From NCBI GenBank assembly GCA_963695555.1, contig CAVOGR010000007.1:767080-831079 (forward strand): a stretch of DNA of 64,000 nucleotides, written 5' to 3'. Source of the stretch: an uncultured Gemmatimonadales bacterium. Lineage in GTDB: Bacteria; Gemmatimonadota; Gemmatimonadetes; Gemmatimonadales; GWC2-71-9. A model generated the notes under the pieces. It saw nothing but the letters and a program-made list of their open reading frames with translations, was not told the DNA's origin and made no database searches. Positions 18,643-27,827 of this stretch are shown here, piece after piece. The translations under genes were made by a program, and so were the position numbers. Each line of letters opens with the position of its first letter. Positions within the stretch are counted from its first letter, which is position 1.

Positions 18643-19676
18643 TTCGGAATTTCGATCACGATCTTGCCGAACTGCGTGCCCTTTGCCAAGCGGTCAAAGG
18701 CCCGGCGCGCGTCCGCCAGCGGCACCACGGAATCGATGACGGGCCACAGCTTGCCCTGGCCGGCCAGCCGGGCAATGGCCTGATACTCCGCGTGGCTCCC
18801 CATGGTGGAGCCGTAGATCTCCCACTGATACCAGAACAACTTCCGCACGTCCGTCGTCACCATGGGTCCGCTGGTCGCTCCACAGCTCACCAGCCTGCCT
18901 TGGGGACGGAGCGACCTGAGCGACTCCATCCACGTGGCCTCGCCGACGTTGTCCACCACCACGTCGACACCCCGGCCGCCGGTGAGTCGCCGGACCTCCT
19001 TGCGAACATCAGCCGTCACGTGGTTCAGGCCATGATCCGCACCCAACTCCATGGCGCGGGCGAGCTTCGCATCGGATGAACTAGTCACGATCGCGGTCGC
19101 GCCAACCAGTTTGGCGATCTGCAGCGACGCCTGGGCGACCCCGCCGCCGATACCCCAGATCAGCACCGTCTCGCCGGCGTGGAGCCTGACCCGGGTCGTG
19201 AGCATGCGCCACGCAGTCAGGTTGGCCAGCGAGAATGCAGCGGCGCGATCCCACGGCATGCTTTCCGGAATCACCGCCAAGTTGTGGGCCGGGAGCACGA
19301 TGTACTCCGCGGCGGTGCCGGGACGGTGCTCCCCGAGCAACTGATAGGTGTCGCACAGCGAGTGCTCTCCGGCTTCGCATGCTTCGCACTGCATACAGGA
19401 CAGCCCTGGGTTGAACATCACGCGATCGCCGACGTGGACATTGTCGACCGCATCGCCTGCGGCCTCGACAACCCCGGCACCGTCCCCGACCATCACGTGG
19501 GGCCATGCATGCGTGATTCCCGGTAACCCATTCAACACGAACAGGTCCAGATGGTTGAGCCCCGCCGCACGGACACGCACCAAGACGTCGTCCGGCTTGG
19601 TGATGACGGGGGTCGGGACCTGGGCCACGGCGAGCTGCTCCGCGCCGCCTGGGCCCGTGAGGACGAGAGCTTTCAT
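18639..19676 (-). CDS. Zinc-binding alcohol dehydrogenase / quinone oxidoreductase (MDR superfamily)
   Basis: MKALVLTGPG ... C-x2-C-x2-C structural zinc motif (CMQCEACEAGEHSLC) and Rossmann motif GIGGGVAQA. ATG at M35 of the track ORF. Confidence 0.85.
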   Translation of the reverse strand: MKALVLTGPGGAEQLAVAQVPTPVITKPDDVLVRVRAAGLNHLDLFVLNGLPGITHAWPHVMVGDGAGVVEAAGDAVDNVHVGDRVMFNPGLSCMQCEACEAGEHSLCDTYQLLGEHRPGTAAEYIVLPAHNLAVIPESMPWDRAAAFSLANLTAWRMLTTRVRLHAGETVLIWGIGGGVAQASLQIAKLVGATAIVTSSSDAKLARAMELGADHGLNHVTADVRKEVRRLTGGRGVDVVVDNVGEATWMESLRSLRPQGRLVSCGATSGPMVTTDVRKLFWYQWEIYGSTMGSHAEYQAIARLAGQGKLWPVIDSVVPLADARRAFDRLAKGTQFGKIVIEIPN

Positions 19677-19693
19677 GGCACCCCGCGGTGGTG

Positions 19694-21913
19694 TCAGAAG
19701 GAAGGGTCGGTCACGCGCTCGAATGTCGGCAAGGATAGTCGTATCACGGGGTCCATCGTCGCAAGAGACGCCCGCCACAGCCGGGAATCGGAGACGAAGA
19801 CGAGCGTCTCCCCGTCGCGCGAGACGGCCATGGTACTGACGGGACGGTCCGTCGAGTAGACCGCCGTGCTCGTGCCCGAGCGGAGATCGAGGCGAAAGAT
19901 CTCGCTGCCCCGTCCGTCCGTGTCTCTGGCATACAGGATCCGCCCGTCTCGCAAATGAGCGGGCCGAACTTCGGGGGCAATGTCATGGGCCACGCGCCGG
20001 ATGCCCCGCGACGCCCCAGTCAGGTTCAAGACCGCGAGATCGCTGCCGTCGGAGCCTGACACGATGAACGAGAGCGTTCCGCCATCGGGCGAGATCGCGG
20101 GCCGGCTGTAGGTCTCGCCTTCGGGTGCGGTTGCCAGTGCGCGAACGTTCTGCACGGTTATGCCCGTGATGAGAATCTGTGACCGGTCGCTCTGTTGGCT
20201 CGCAAACACGATGGACTGCCCGTCGGGCATCCAGGCCGGATGGGTCTGGTCACCGGCATCTTCCGTGAGGCGAACGAGCGACTCGCCGTCGGAATCCATG
20301 AGATAGATGTCGAAATCGCCGGACCGATCGGAAGCCAACGCGATCTTGGTCCGGTCTGGGGAATAGACCGGACTTCGGATCGCCGTCCCGTCCCGCAACA
20401 CCTCGGTTACCCGCGACGGATCGCGCGACCGAACCTGCGCGATCGCCGACCCCGCCCGGGCTCGATCGATGACCAGCAGGAGGTCGGCCACGACGTGGAC
20501 CGTCGATACCGCGACATCGCCCCATGGAGTCGCGGCGGTCACCGTAGCCCGACCCTCCTTGAGCCCGAGAATCACGCCAGCGGAATCGACACTGACGACG
20601 TCTGGCGGTCGCGCACTCCAGGCCGTTCCTGAGGCCCGCCCCATAGACATTCCTGAGGGATCCGTAAACCGCGCGACCAGGGTGTCCCTGGTCATCGGCT
20701 CGATCACACGGTCAGCCTGCTCTACCGCGATGGCCATGGGTTCAACGCGAACGGCCCAGGCGATCGGGTCGAACCCTCGCACGCGAAGGGTGAGGCTGGT
20801 CGTCCCGCTGCGCTTCCCGTACAAGTCTCGAGCGACGGGATCGAATTCGGCAATGCCAGAGTCTGCGACTTCCCACTCGAGCAGCGCTTCAGGCACCGCC
20901 AGCGAGTCCGCGCTCGCAGGATTCACCGTGAAGCTGCGCGCTCCGAGCAGGGGCACCGGCAAAGGGTCGGGACCGGGCGACGGCATGAGCGTGAGCCGGC
21001 TCACCGGACGGTGAACCACCAACGGCAGGCGGCGTTCCTGCTGGAACCCTTGGAGCACCAGCTCAGTCGACCCGAGACCGAGCGCTTGGACGATGCCGGT
21101 CGGACCAACCCGGGCAATGGATGGGTTGACCACCCACCATTTGAGCCCAGCGGTGAGCCGACGATACCCCTGACTCGGCACGACCACCGTGACCGTGTCG
21201 AAATCTTCCGGTCGCATCACGAGCCGCGAGCGGTCCGCCCGGAATTCCCCATCGGACACCAGCACTGGCACCGTGTCCGCCACGGCCCCTGCCTCGAGCC
21301 GGGCGATGAGCTCTGCCCGACCAGGGTTCCGGGCACGGAGAGCGCCGGATGGGTCCACCTGCGCGATGGCGGTGTCGGTCGACACCCAATCGGGTGTCAC
21401 GTCTCCGACTCGCGAGCCGTCGGGCCACTCGACATAGGCGCTCGGGCGTTGCAGTTCACCGGGGAGCAGCTGCACCGGGTTGGGCTCGATCACCACGCGT
21501 CCACCGCGACCGAGCGCGGTGTCGAGGCCCGCCGGTTCTCGCGGCGGGGGTCGCCCGGGGGCGGGTGATTCGGGTGAGAACACCGCGACGTGGACCTTGG
21601 CGACAGCAGACCCGGCTCGAATGACAATTGTGGCGGAACCCGCGCGTATGCCGGCCACGGTGCCGTCGGGCTCGACACGGGCAATCGCGGTATCCGTAGT
21701 GGCGAAAATGAAGCCGGGATGCGGAACGAGCCGACCACGTGCGTCGAAGGCGGAGACGAATACGCGTTCCTCCTGCCCGACTTCCAGCGCGAGCGCGCTT
21801 GGTCTGGCGCGCACTTCCACCGGGGCCTGCCCCTCGCCGACCGATGGCACCATGGTCGCGAGAGCAGCCAGGAGGAGAGCGCCTGCTCGCGCCCGCAGGA
21901 GTGTCATCCACAT
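19694..21913 (-). CDS. Secreted multidomain protein: Big_2-like Ig domains plus C-terminal TolB-like beta-propeller
   Basis: Signal peptide (MWMTLLRARAGALLLAALA), Ig-like repeats, and C-terminal PD40/TolB-type repeats (SPDRTKIALASDRSGDFDIY ... HPAWMPDGQSIVF ... SPDGGTLSF). Confidence 0.75.
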   Translation of the reverse strand: MWMTLLRARAGALLLAALATMVPSVGEGQAPVEVRARPSALALEVGQEERVFVSAFDARGRLVPHPGFIFATTDTAIARVEPDGTVAGIRAGSATIVIRAGSAVAKVHVAVFSPESPAPGRPPPREPAGLDTALGRGGRVVIEPNPVQLLPGELQRPSAYVEWPDGSRVGDVTPDWVSTDTAIAQVDPSGALRARNPGRAELIARLEAGAVADTVPVLVSDGEFRADRSRLVMRPEDFDTVTVVVPSQGYRRLTAGLKWWVVNPSIARVGPTGIVQALGLGSTELVLQGFQQERRLPLVVHRPVSRLTLMPSPGPDPLPVPLLGARSFTVNPASADSLAVPEALLEWEVADSGIAEFDPVARDLYGKRSGTTSLTLRVRGFDPIAWAVRVEPMAIAVEQADRVIEPMTRDTLVARFTDPSGMSMGRASGTAWSARPPDVVSVDSAGVILGLKEGRATVTAATPWGDVAVSTVHVVADLLLVIDRARAGSAIAQVRSRDPSRVTEVLRDGTAIRSPVYSPDRTKIALASDRSGDFDIYLMDSDGESLVRLTEDAGDQTHPAWMPDGQSIVFASQQSDRSQILITGITVQNVRALATAPEGETYSRPAISPDGGTLSFIVSGSDGSDLAVLNLTGASRGIRRVAHDIAPEVRPAHLRDGRILYARDTDGRGSEIFRLDLRSGTSTAVYSTDRPVSTMAVSRDGETLVFVSDSRLWRASLATMDPVIRLSLPTFERVTDPSF

Positions 21914-22191
21914 AATCGGCCTAGGGCCGCAAGTCACAGGCCACCTCTTGACCCAGCGTAATGACTTATGAGACAACGACTTTGAGGAATCGACCGAAGG
22001 CCAAATCGCCGCATTCTGCAGGGACACCATCCGCGGAGACTCTTCGCGTCGTGTGGCCTCGCATCGGAGCGGCACGGTGGGCAGAACACCTTGCGTGAAA
22101 GTGTATTATCCTGAGATTGTGAGATGGCCGGGGATCGACACGCTCCGGCACCTGCGGCGGGTCGCGCCGCCACAGCATGCGAGGAGTGACC

Positions 22192-22572
22192 ATGGCCGAG
22201 ATGATCGACAGGGAAGTCGGATGGTCCGGCGCGGGATGGATGGAGCCGATGCCACTGGCCAGTGAGCCACCCCCGCCTCCGCCTCCACCCCCGGCGCCAG
22301 CCAAGCCGGCAATGGTGGCTAAGCCGAAGCCAAAACCCAAGGCCAAACCAAAGCCGAAGGCCAAGGCGAAGAAGAAGGTCAAGAAGGCCAAGAAGGCCAC
22401 GAAGCGTGCTGCGAAGAAGAAGGTCAAGAAGGCCAAGAAGGCCACTAAGCGCGCTGCGAAGAAGAAGGCCAAGAAGCGGCCCGCGAAGAAGGCCGCCAAG
22501 CGCCCCGCGAAGAGGAAGGCCGCCAAGCGCAAGAAGACGGCTCGGAAGCGGGCGGCGAAGAAGAAGAAGTAG
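22192..22572 (+). CDS. Histone H1-like / lysine-alanine-rich basic nucleoid protein
   Basis: MAEMIDREVG followed by PPPPPPPPP and KPKPKAK, then AKKKVKKAKKATKRA repeats. AGGAG sits 5 nt upstream. The minus-strand track ORF 21966..22607 is a low-complexity mirror. Confidence 0.7.
   Translation: MAEMIDREVGWSGAGWMEPMPLASEPPPPPPPPPAPAKPAMVAKPKPKPKAKPKPKAKAKKKVKKAKKATKRAAKKKVKKAKKATKRAAKKKAKKRPAKKAAKRPAKRKAAKRKKTARKRAAKKKK
22366..22470 (+). repeat. 45-bp tandem direct repeat (2.3 copies) inside the lysine-rich protein gene
   Basis: gcgaagaagaaggtcaagaaggccaagaaggccacgaagcgtgct repeated with 2 mismatches and followed by a partial third copy. Confidence 0.8.
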
Positions 22573-22590
22573 GAGTCTTGGCTCCGCCGG

Positions 22591-22615
22591 GGCGCTTCGC
22601 GACGCACGAAGCGCC
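22591..22615 (+). terminator. Possible stem-loop terminator after the lysine-rich protein gene
   Basis: GGCGCTTCG ... CGAAGCGCC 9-bp stem. No T-tract, as is common in high-GC genomes. Confidence 0.3.
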
Positions 22616-22693
22616 TCGTGACGTCGGGCGGCCGTCGATTAGGCGACCGCCGCGATGTCGGTCGTCCTCCTCACCGACCCTCGTCTGGACCTC

Positions 22694-23152
22694 ATGCGAA
22701 CCACGCTCATCGGCTGCATTCTCTTCCTTGCTGCGTGCGCCCCTTCCGAGTCACCGCCGACTGAGGAAGCAAACGTCGCAGCGATAACCGTCACGCTGGC
22801 CAGGCAGTTTCAACACGCTGCCGCCGCATGGAATCGGGGCGACCTGGATGCGTTCATGTCCGACTATCTCGCGGACAGCACCACCACCTTTGTGGGCAGC
22901 GGCGGATTGCTCCACGGGGTTGACGCCATCCGCGCCCGGTATGCGCCACTCTTCGGCCAGGGGGCAAGCCGCGACAGCCTCCGGTTCGAGCAATTCGAGG
23001 TCCGCGTGCTCGGGAATGGCCTCGTGCTCGTGACGGCTCGCTACATCCTGCATCGCGGGCCGGAAACAACGGCAAGCGGTCCATTTACCCTGATCATGCG
23101 CCAGGGTCCTGACGGTTGGAAGATCATCCATGACCACTCAAGCAGCGACTAG
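22694..23152 (+). CDS. SnoaL/NTF2-like (DUF4440-type) lipoprotein
   Basis: MRTTLIGCILFLAACAPS lipobox. NTF2-like length and hydrophobic pattern. Confidence 0.6.
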   Translation: MRTTLIGCILFLAACAPSESPPTEEANVAAITVTLARQFQHAAAAWNRGDLDAFMSDYLADSTTTFVGSGGLLHGVDAIRARYAPLFGQGASRDSLRFEQFEVRVLGNGLVLVTARYILHRGPETTASGPFTLIMRQGPDGWKIIHDHSSSD

Positions 23153-24506
23153 AAGCAGGGTCCTCCTCCTTTCGCTGTTGCTGCTGCTCGGATTGGCGGC
23201 ATGCGGCGACCGGTCCCAAGAGGCACACTTTGCCGTAGTGGGCGGAACGCTCATCGACGGCACCGGCGGCCCGCCACTGGTCAACGCGACGGTGGTGGTG
23301 CGCGGCCGATACATCGAAGCCATTGGGCCGGGTGACGAGGTCGTGCTCGAGGATGGCATCACCAGGGTGGACGCGACAGGAAAATGGATCTTGCCGGGGC
23401 TGATCGACGCCCACGCCCACATCCAGCGGTGGATGCTGCCGCGGTATCTGGCGGCCGGTGTTACCACCGTGCGAGGCCTGCACGGGGAGCAGGAGTCGAT
23501 TCTCGCCCTGGCCGAGCAGGCCAACCTCAACGCGTTTCCAAGTCCGCAGCTGTTCGTCGCCGGTGCCATGATCGACGGGGTGCCGCCGACGCTGACAGAC
23601 GCGACGGGCGTGGGCGACGACACGGAGGGGCGGCAAGCGGTCGATCAGCGCTCCCTTGCCGGAGTCGACCAGATCATGACCTACACGCGGATTACGCCGT
23701 CGATCCTTGGCGCGATCGTCGATGAGGCGCGATCGTTCAATCTCCCGGTGGCGGCGCAGCTTGGGCTGACCGATGCCCTGACCGCGGCACGGCACGGCGT
23801 GCGCTCGATTGAACAACTCAGCGGAGTGGCGGAAGCCGCGTCGGGGAACGCGAATGGACTGTATGCCGCCCATCGGCAGGGATATTGGCAAGGGTGGACG
23901 GCGGCCGAGCAAAGCTGGGCACGGCTTCGCCCGTTGGCGTTGAAAGACGTCGCGGAGCGGCTAGCCGCGACCGGCGTCGTTCTCGTCCCGATGTTGGCCA
24001 CCCACGACGTCTATAGCCGGCTGGACGATCCTACCGTCGTGGAATCGGCCGGCTCCCTCAGCACCCCCGATTCGATTCGGGCGCGCTGGGATCCGGCGGC
24101 ACTGACTGCCGCCGCCGGGTGGTCGCTCGAGTTCTTTCGAACGGCTCGACTCGCGCGTGAGTCGCAGAACCGCTTTCTCCGAGACTTTGCCGCGGCGGGC
24201 GGTATCATCGCTGCGGGGTCCAACGCAGGAGAAGATTTTTTCGCTGCGGGTGACGGTCTCCACGCCGAGATCGAGCTCCTGGCGACCGCCGGCCTCTCGC
24301 CCTCCGAGGCCATCGTGGCCGCAACGGGCAACGGTGCCCGCCTACTGGGCGCCGACTCCATCGGCACCCTCGCCGCTGGCAAGGTGGCCAATCTCGTGAT
24401 TCTCGCGCGCGATCCGCTGAGCGACATACGAAACACCCGCTCGGTGGAACGCATCATCCTTCGCGGCGCCATCATGCCCACGGACTCGATCCGGGCGTCG
24501 TGGTAA
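23130..24506 (+). CDS. Amidohydrolase-family lipoprotein
   Basis: Lipobox LAACG. LIDAHAHIQ HxH metal motif of the amidohydrolase superfamily. Confidence 0.8.
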   Translation: MTTQAATRSRVLLLSLLLLLGLAACGDRSQEAHFAVVGGTLIDGTGGPPLVNATVVVRGRYIEAIGPGDEVVLEDGITRVDATGKWILPGLIDAHAHIQRWMLPRYLAAGVTTVRGLHGEQESILALAEQANLNAFPSPQLFVAGAMIDGVPPTLTDATGVGDDTEGRQAVDQRSLAGVDQIMTYTRITPSILGAIVDEARSFNLPVAAQLGLTDALTAARHGVRSIEQLSGVAEAASGNANGLYAAHRQGYWQGWTAAEQSWARLRPLALKDVAERLAATGVVLVPMLATHDVYSRLDDPTVVESAGSLSTPDSIRARWDPAALTAAAGWSLEFFRTARLARESQNRFLRDFAAAGGIIAAGSNAGEDFFAAGDGLHAEIELLATAGLSPSEAIVAATGNGARLLGADSIGTLAAGKVANLVILARDPLSDIRNTRSVERIILRGAIMPTDSIRASW

Positions 24507-24636
24507 GCCCTGCGTAGCGCACCGGTCTCTCGCGAGCTATATATCCGTTAATCCGCGCCACCAGAAGGCCGGGTGCCCACTGCACCAGGATTTCTCGACC
24601 CCCGAGCCGTGGGGCGCGGGGCGCCGACCGGCGCCG

Positions 24637-25632
24637 TTGTTGGTATTGCCTCGCCCCGTCGGGCCGGGGTCCGCTGGTGGAGGTTCCGCAATGCAGCCGT
24701 CTCCCATGCTCCAACCCGATGCTCTCGCCGCCGCGGTGGACCGGCTCGAGCGCTATTTCGCCAAGCCCGGCAATCGCCCGGCGATCCTGGCACGGCAGGC
24801 GCTGGGCCGGGCCCGCCCGACGGACCTCGGCCTCCGGGACCGCCTCGTCAGAGAAATGCGCGCGGAGACCAAGTTCGATGGCAGCATCAGCGGCGCCGTA
24901 ATTCCGACCATTTGGCGGGCCCATGAACTCATGCAACTCGACCACCGCGGCGACCAGGTGGGCACGATCCGGGTTGTCGGCTGGATCCTCAATCTCCAAG
25001 GAAAGCCCGGCGCCTTCGGTGAAGGCTGCACGCCGGCCCGCCACGAGCATCGGGCGTGCAACCATCATGTGGGAGGGTTCTTTTCCCCGGGCCCGAGCGC
25101 CCAGCGGATGTCGCCGGTGACCCTGCCGAACGGAGCCGTCTATCACACGGAAGAGGCGGCCCGATTCGCCATCAGCTGTTTCGCGCTGCGAGCCGTCCTT
25201 CGCGCCGGTCAGGAGAAAAGGCCGCTGGTGGGTCAGCATCTCCAGAGCCTCGTGGATCTCCAGGAGTTGTGGACGGAGTGGGGCGGATACTTTGCTCCCG
25301 ACATGGCGACCGCCGCGCTACATGCCCTCGCGATCGGACCCCCGCCTTACCGGGCCGCCCTGCCCAAGGCCGCCGCCTTCGTCTCGGCCCAGCAGGCGCC
25401 CGACGGCTCGTGGCCGGGAGCGGACCTGTTCCAGGCGGTCGACGCCCTGGCGGCTGCCGGAACGGCCGAGGCTCGCGCGGCCATCAGCCGGGCAGTCCCG
25501 GCACTCTTGGCACAGCAGCAACCCGACGGAACGTTCGGTCCCGTGGCCAGCGATGAGCGCGCCCTGATTGCGTTGCAGGGAATTCTGCTGGCGCAGCGGG
25601 AACTCGACCTCCGCACCACAAGCCCGCTCTGA
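24637..25632 (+). CDS. Hypothetical protein with squalene-cyclase-type QxxDGxW/F repeats (alpha/alpha-toroid-like)
   Basis: QQAPDGSWPG and QQQPDGTFGP repeats. Confidence 0.5.
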   Translation: MLVLPRPVGPGSAGGGSAMQPSPMLQPDALAAAVDRLERYFAKPGNRPAILARQALGRARPTDLGLRDRLVREMRAETKFDGSISGAVIPTIWRAHELMQLDHRGDQVGTIRVVGWILNLQGKPGAFGEGCTPARHEHRACNHHVGGFFSPGPSAQRMSPVTLPNGAVYHTEEAARFAISCFALRAVLRAGQEKRPLVGQHLQSLVDLQELWTEWGGYFAPDMATAALHALAIGPPPYRAALPKAAAFVSAQQAPDGSWPGADLFQAVDALAAAGTAEARAAISRAVPALLAQQQPDGTFGPVASDERALIALQGILLAQRELDLRTTSPL

Positions 25633-25644
25633 GGCGGACCCGCG

Positions 25645-26367
25645 CTACGCGGTCAGCACGCCCAGAGCCCGGATCAACCACCACAATCCCACCACCACAC
25701 CGGTAGCACCGAGCACTATTCCGGCGCTCCGGCTCAAGTCGATCGAGCGCGATGTGGCGCGCGTGATGGCGAATGCCGCAGCGCCAGCGAAGGCCATCAT
25801 GGACCCGATCACTCCGAGCCCGAACGCGGCCAGGTAGGCGAGACCGACACCAACGTTATCGATCAATGTGACCGGGACCAGCGCGACGGCGGCGCTGCTG
25901 CCAGCGAGGCCGTGCAGCAGGCCGACGAGCACCAGTGCCTTCCCATGACGATGGCGCGTGGTGCCGGTCGCGGGGTGCGCGTGCGCGTGGGCGTGATGAT
26001 GCGGGTGAAGCCCTTCTGGGTGGGCATGCAGGTGAAGGTGGTCGCCGTGTTCCTCGGGCGGGTGGAGGTGTAGTTTCTTTGCACGGCGGATGGCCCAGAC
26101 CCCGATGCCGATGAGCATCAGACCGACCAGCAGCTCACCCATGCCGTCATAGCGCGCGGGCCACCGGACGCCCGACAGGAGCAGAAGTCCGCCGACGACA
26201 AACACGGCAATGGCATGGCCCAGACCCCAGCGTGCGCCGAATTGGACTGCTGCTCGGAGCCCGGGCCGCTCGGTGAGAAACGATGACACCGCGATCATGT
26301 GGTCCACATCGAGCGCGTGGATCGAGCCCAGCATGATTGCCGTGAGGAGACTAAGCCACCCGGTCAA
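25645..26367 (-). CDS. Nickel/cobalt transporter, NicO/RcnA-like with His-rich loop
   Basis: HALDVDHMIAV signature (HxxxxDH) and His-rich segment HLHPPEEHGDHLHLHAHPEGLHPHHHAHAHAH between TM helices. Confidence 0.8.
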   Translation of the reverse strand: MTGWLSLLTAIMLGSIHALDVDHMIAVSSFLTERPGLRAAVQFGARWGLGHAIAVFVVGGLLLLSGVRWPARYDGMGELLVGLMLIGIGVWAIRRAKKLHLHPPEEHGDHLHLHAHPEGLHPHHHAHAHAHPATGTTRHRHGKALVLVGLLHGLAGSSAAVALVPVTLIDNVGVGLAYLAAFGLGVIGSMMAFAGAAAFAITRATSRSIDLSRSAGIVLGATGVVVGLWWLIRALGVLTA

Positions 26368-26468
26368 GGCGACTCCTGAATCGTCACCAAGTTCTCGGAA
26401 GAGAGGGAACCCCGGCTCGACAGCTGCCGATCAGTCACCTGTTTGATTTCTCGAAGCAGTGAGGCCCC

Positions 26469-27542
26469 ATGAATGAGACCCCGCAAGATAAGCGCCCCAG
26501 GATCCGCCTGACCACGCTTTCCCACGGCGCCGGTTGAGCATGTAAGCTCGGCGAAGCCGATCTGGCGCAGGTCCTGCGCTTTCTACCTGCCGTGGCCGAT
26601 CCACGCGTGTTGGTAGACGCCGCCTCCCATGACGACGCGGCGGTGTTTCGGCTGTCCGCAGACCGGGCGCTCGTGGCCAGCACTGATTTCTTCACGCCCA
26701 TCGTCGACGATCCGGCGACGTGGGGCGCGATCGCCGCCGCCAACGCCCTGAGCGACCTGTACGCCATGGGCGCAACGCCGCTCTTCGCGCTCAATCTGGT
26801 GGCCTGGCCACGTGACACGTTGCCGTTCGAGCTGCTGGGCGACGTGATCGCGGGAGCGGCGGCCATCGCCACCGCGGCGGGCTGCCCCGTCCTCGGTGGC
26901 CACTCGATCGACGACCCCGAACCGAAGTTCGGCATGGTAGTCCTCGGAGAGGTCCACCCCGACCGCATCCTGACCAACGCGGGGGCCAAACCGGACGACG
27001 CGCTCGTGCTCACCAAGCCGCTGGGTACCGGCATCATCACTACCGCGCTCAAATACGGGGTCATTGATGACGGTGATACTGCCCAAGCCGTCCGCTCGAT
27101 GACGACGCTCAACGCCGGGGCCGCGCGGGTTGCCGTGGACCAGGGGCTCAGGACCGTGACCGATGTGACCGGCTTTGGCCTGCTTGGCCACCTCCGCAAC
27201 GTCCTCCTCTCCAGCGGGGTGAGCGCCACTCTCGAGTTCGCGGCGCTGCCGCTCCTCGATCGCGCGCTCGAGCTCGCCGGCCGCGGCCTGGTCCCGGCCG
27301 GGACCAAACGGAACCTTAGCGCGGCACAGGATGTGACCTGGGATGCCTCGTTCACCGAGCCGGAGCGATGGCTCTGCGTGGATGCGCAGACCTCGGGCGG
27401 TTTGCTGTTGGCCGTCCCGAAGGCCCAATTGGCCAAGGTCCTCGAGGGCCTCCGGTTGGAGGGGACCCTGTGCGCTGCTGTCATCGGCCGCGTCACGGAG
27501 GGACGACGACCGGGCGCAATCACCATGAGGCGGGGAGCGTGA
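26469..27542 (+). CDS. selD: Selenide, water dikinase (selenophosphate synthetase) with in-frame UGA selenocysteine codon at about 26535-26537
   Basis: Translation from ATG 26469 gives MNETPQDKRPRIRLTTLSHGAG-[TGA]-ACKLGEADLAQV ... continuing in frame into track ORF 26592..27542. This matches the SelD N-terminus IRLTQYSHGAGCGCK with Sec at the Cys17 position. The rest aligns along SelD (TDFFTPIVDDP, GGHSIDDPEPKFG, TDVTGFGLLGHL). Confidence 0.8.
26546..26582 (+). promoter_or_regulatory. Candidate SECIS hairpins immediately downstream of the selD UGA
   Basis: UCGGC-GAA-GCCGA hairpin about 9-11 nt after UGA and GCGCAG-GUC-CUGCGC about 30 nt after. Bacterial SECIS elements lie just 3' of the Sec codon. 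Confidence 0.3.
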
Positions 27543-27559
27543 CCTCCCGCCGGCGCGGA

Positions 27560-27775
27560 ATGCGCCTATCCCCGGCGCTCTATAACGAGCTCGAGGCAGC
27601 GGCCGCCGGTCACCGCAGAGTGGCGCTCACGCGCCGGGGAAGCGAGTTCGTGGTCATCGCACGGCGTATCATTACTACTCCACGGGAGGCCCTCGTAGGC
27701 TTGCTTCCGATGACCGGGGAAGAGATGGTCTTTCCATTGGAGGAGATCGACACATTCAATATCGTCGATCGGTAG
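27560..27775 (+). CDS. Small hypothetical protein (71 aa)
   Basis: ATG 18 nt after the selD stop. No recognisable domain. Confidence 0.3.
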   Translation: MRLSPALYNELEAAAAGHRRVALTRRGSEFVVIARRIITTPREALVGLLPMTGEEMVFPLEEIDTFNIVDR

Positions 27776-27827
27776 CGCTTGATATTTCTCGCCGACGGGC
27801 ACACCCTCACGGCATGAGGCTATACGA

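Noticed and set aside
21966-22607. 213-aa minus-strand ORF rich in Phe/Ala/Leu
   Set aside because: It is the reverse-complement reading of the Lys/Ala repeat gene (AAG/GCC codons mirror to CTT/GGC). The plus-strand protein has an AGGAG RBS and coherent H1-like repeats.
26435-27526. 363-aa minus-strand ORF
   Set aside because: Antisense to selD, whose homology spans the whole length. Mirror ORF.
27368-27559. Upstream part of track ORF 27368..27775
   Set aside because: It overlaps the 3' end of selD in another frame with Gly/Pro/Arg-rich sequence. Only the non-overlapping 71-codon tail from 27560 is considered, with low confidence.
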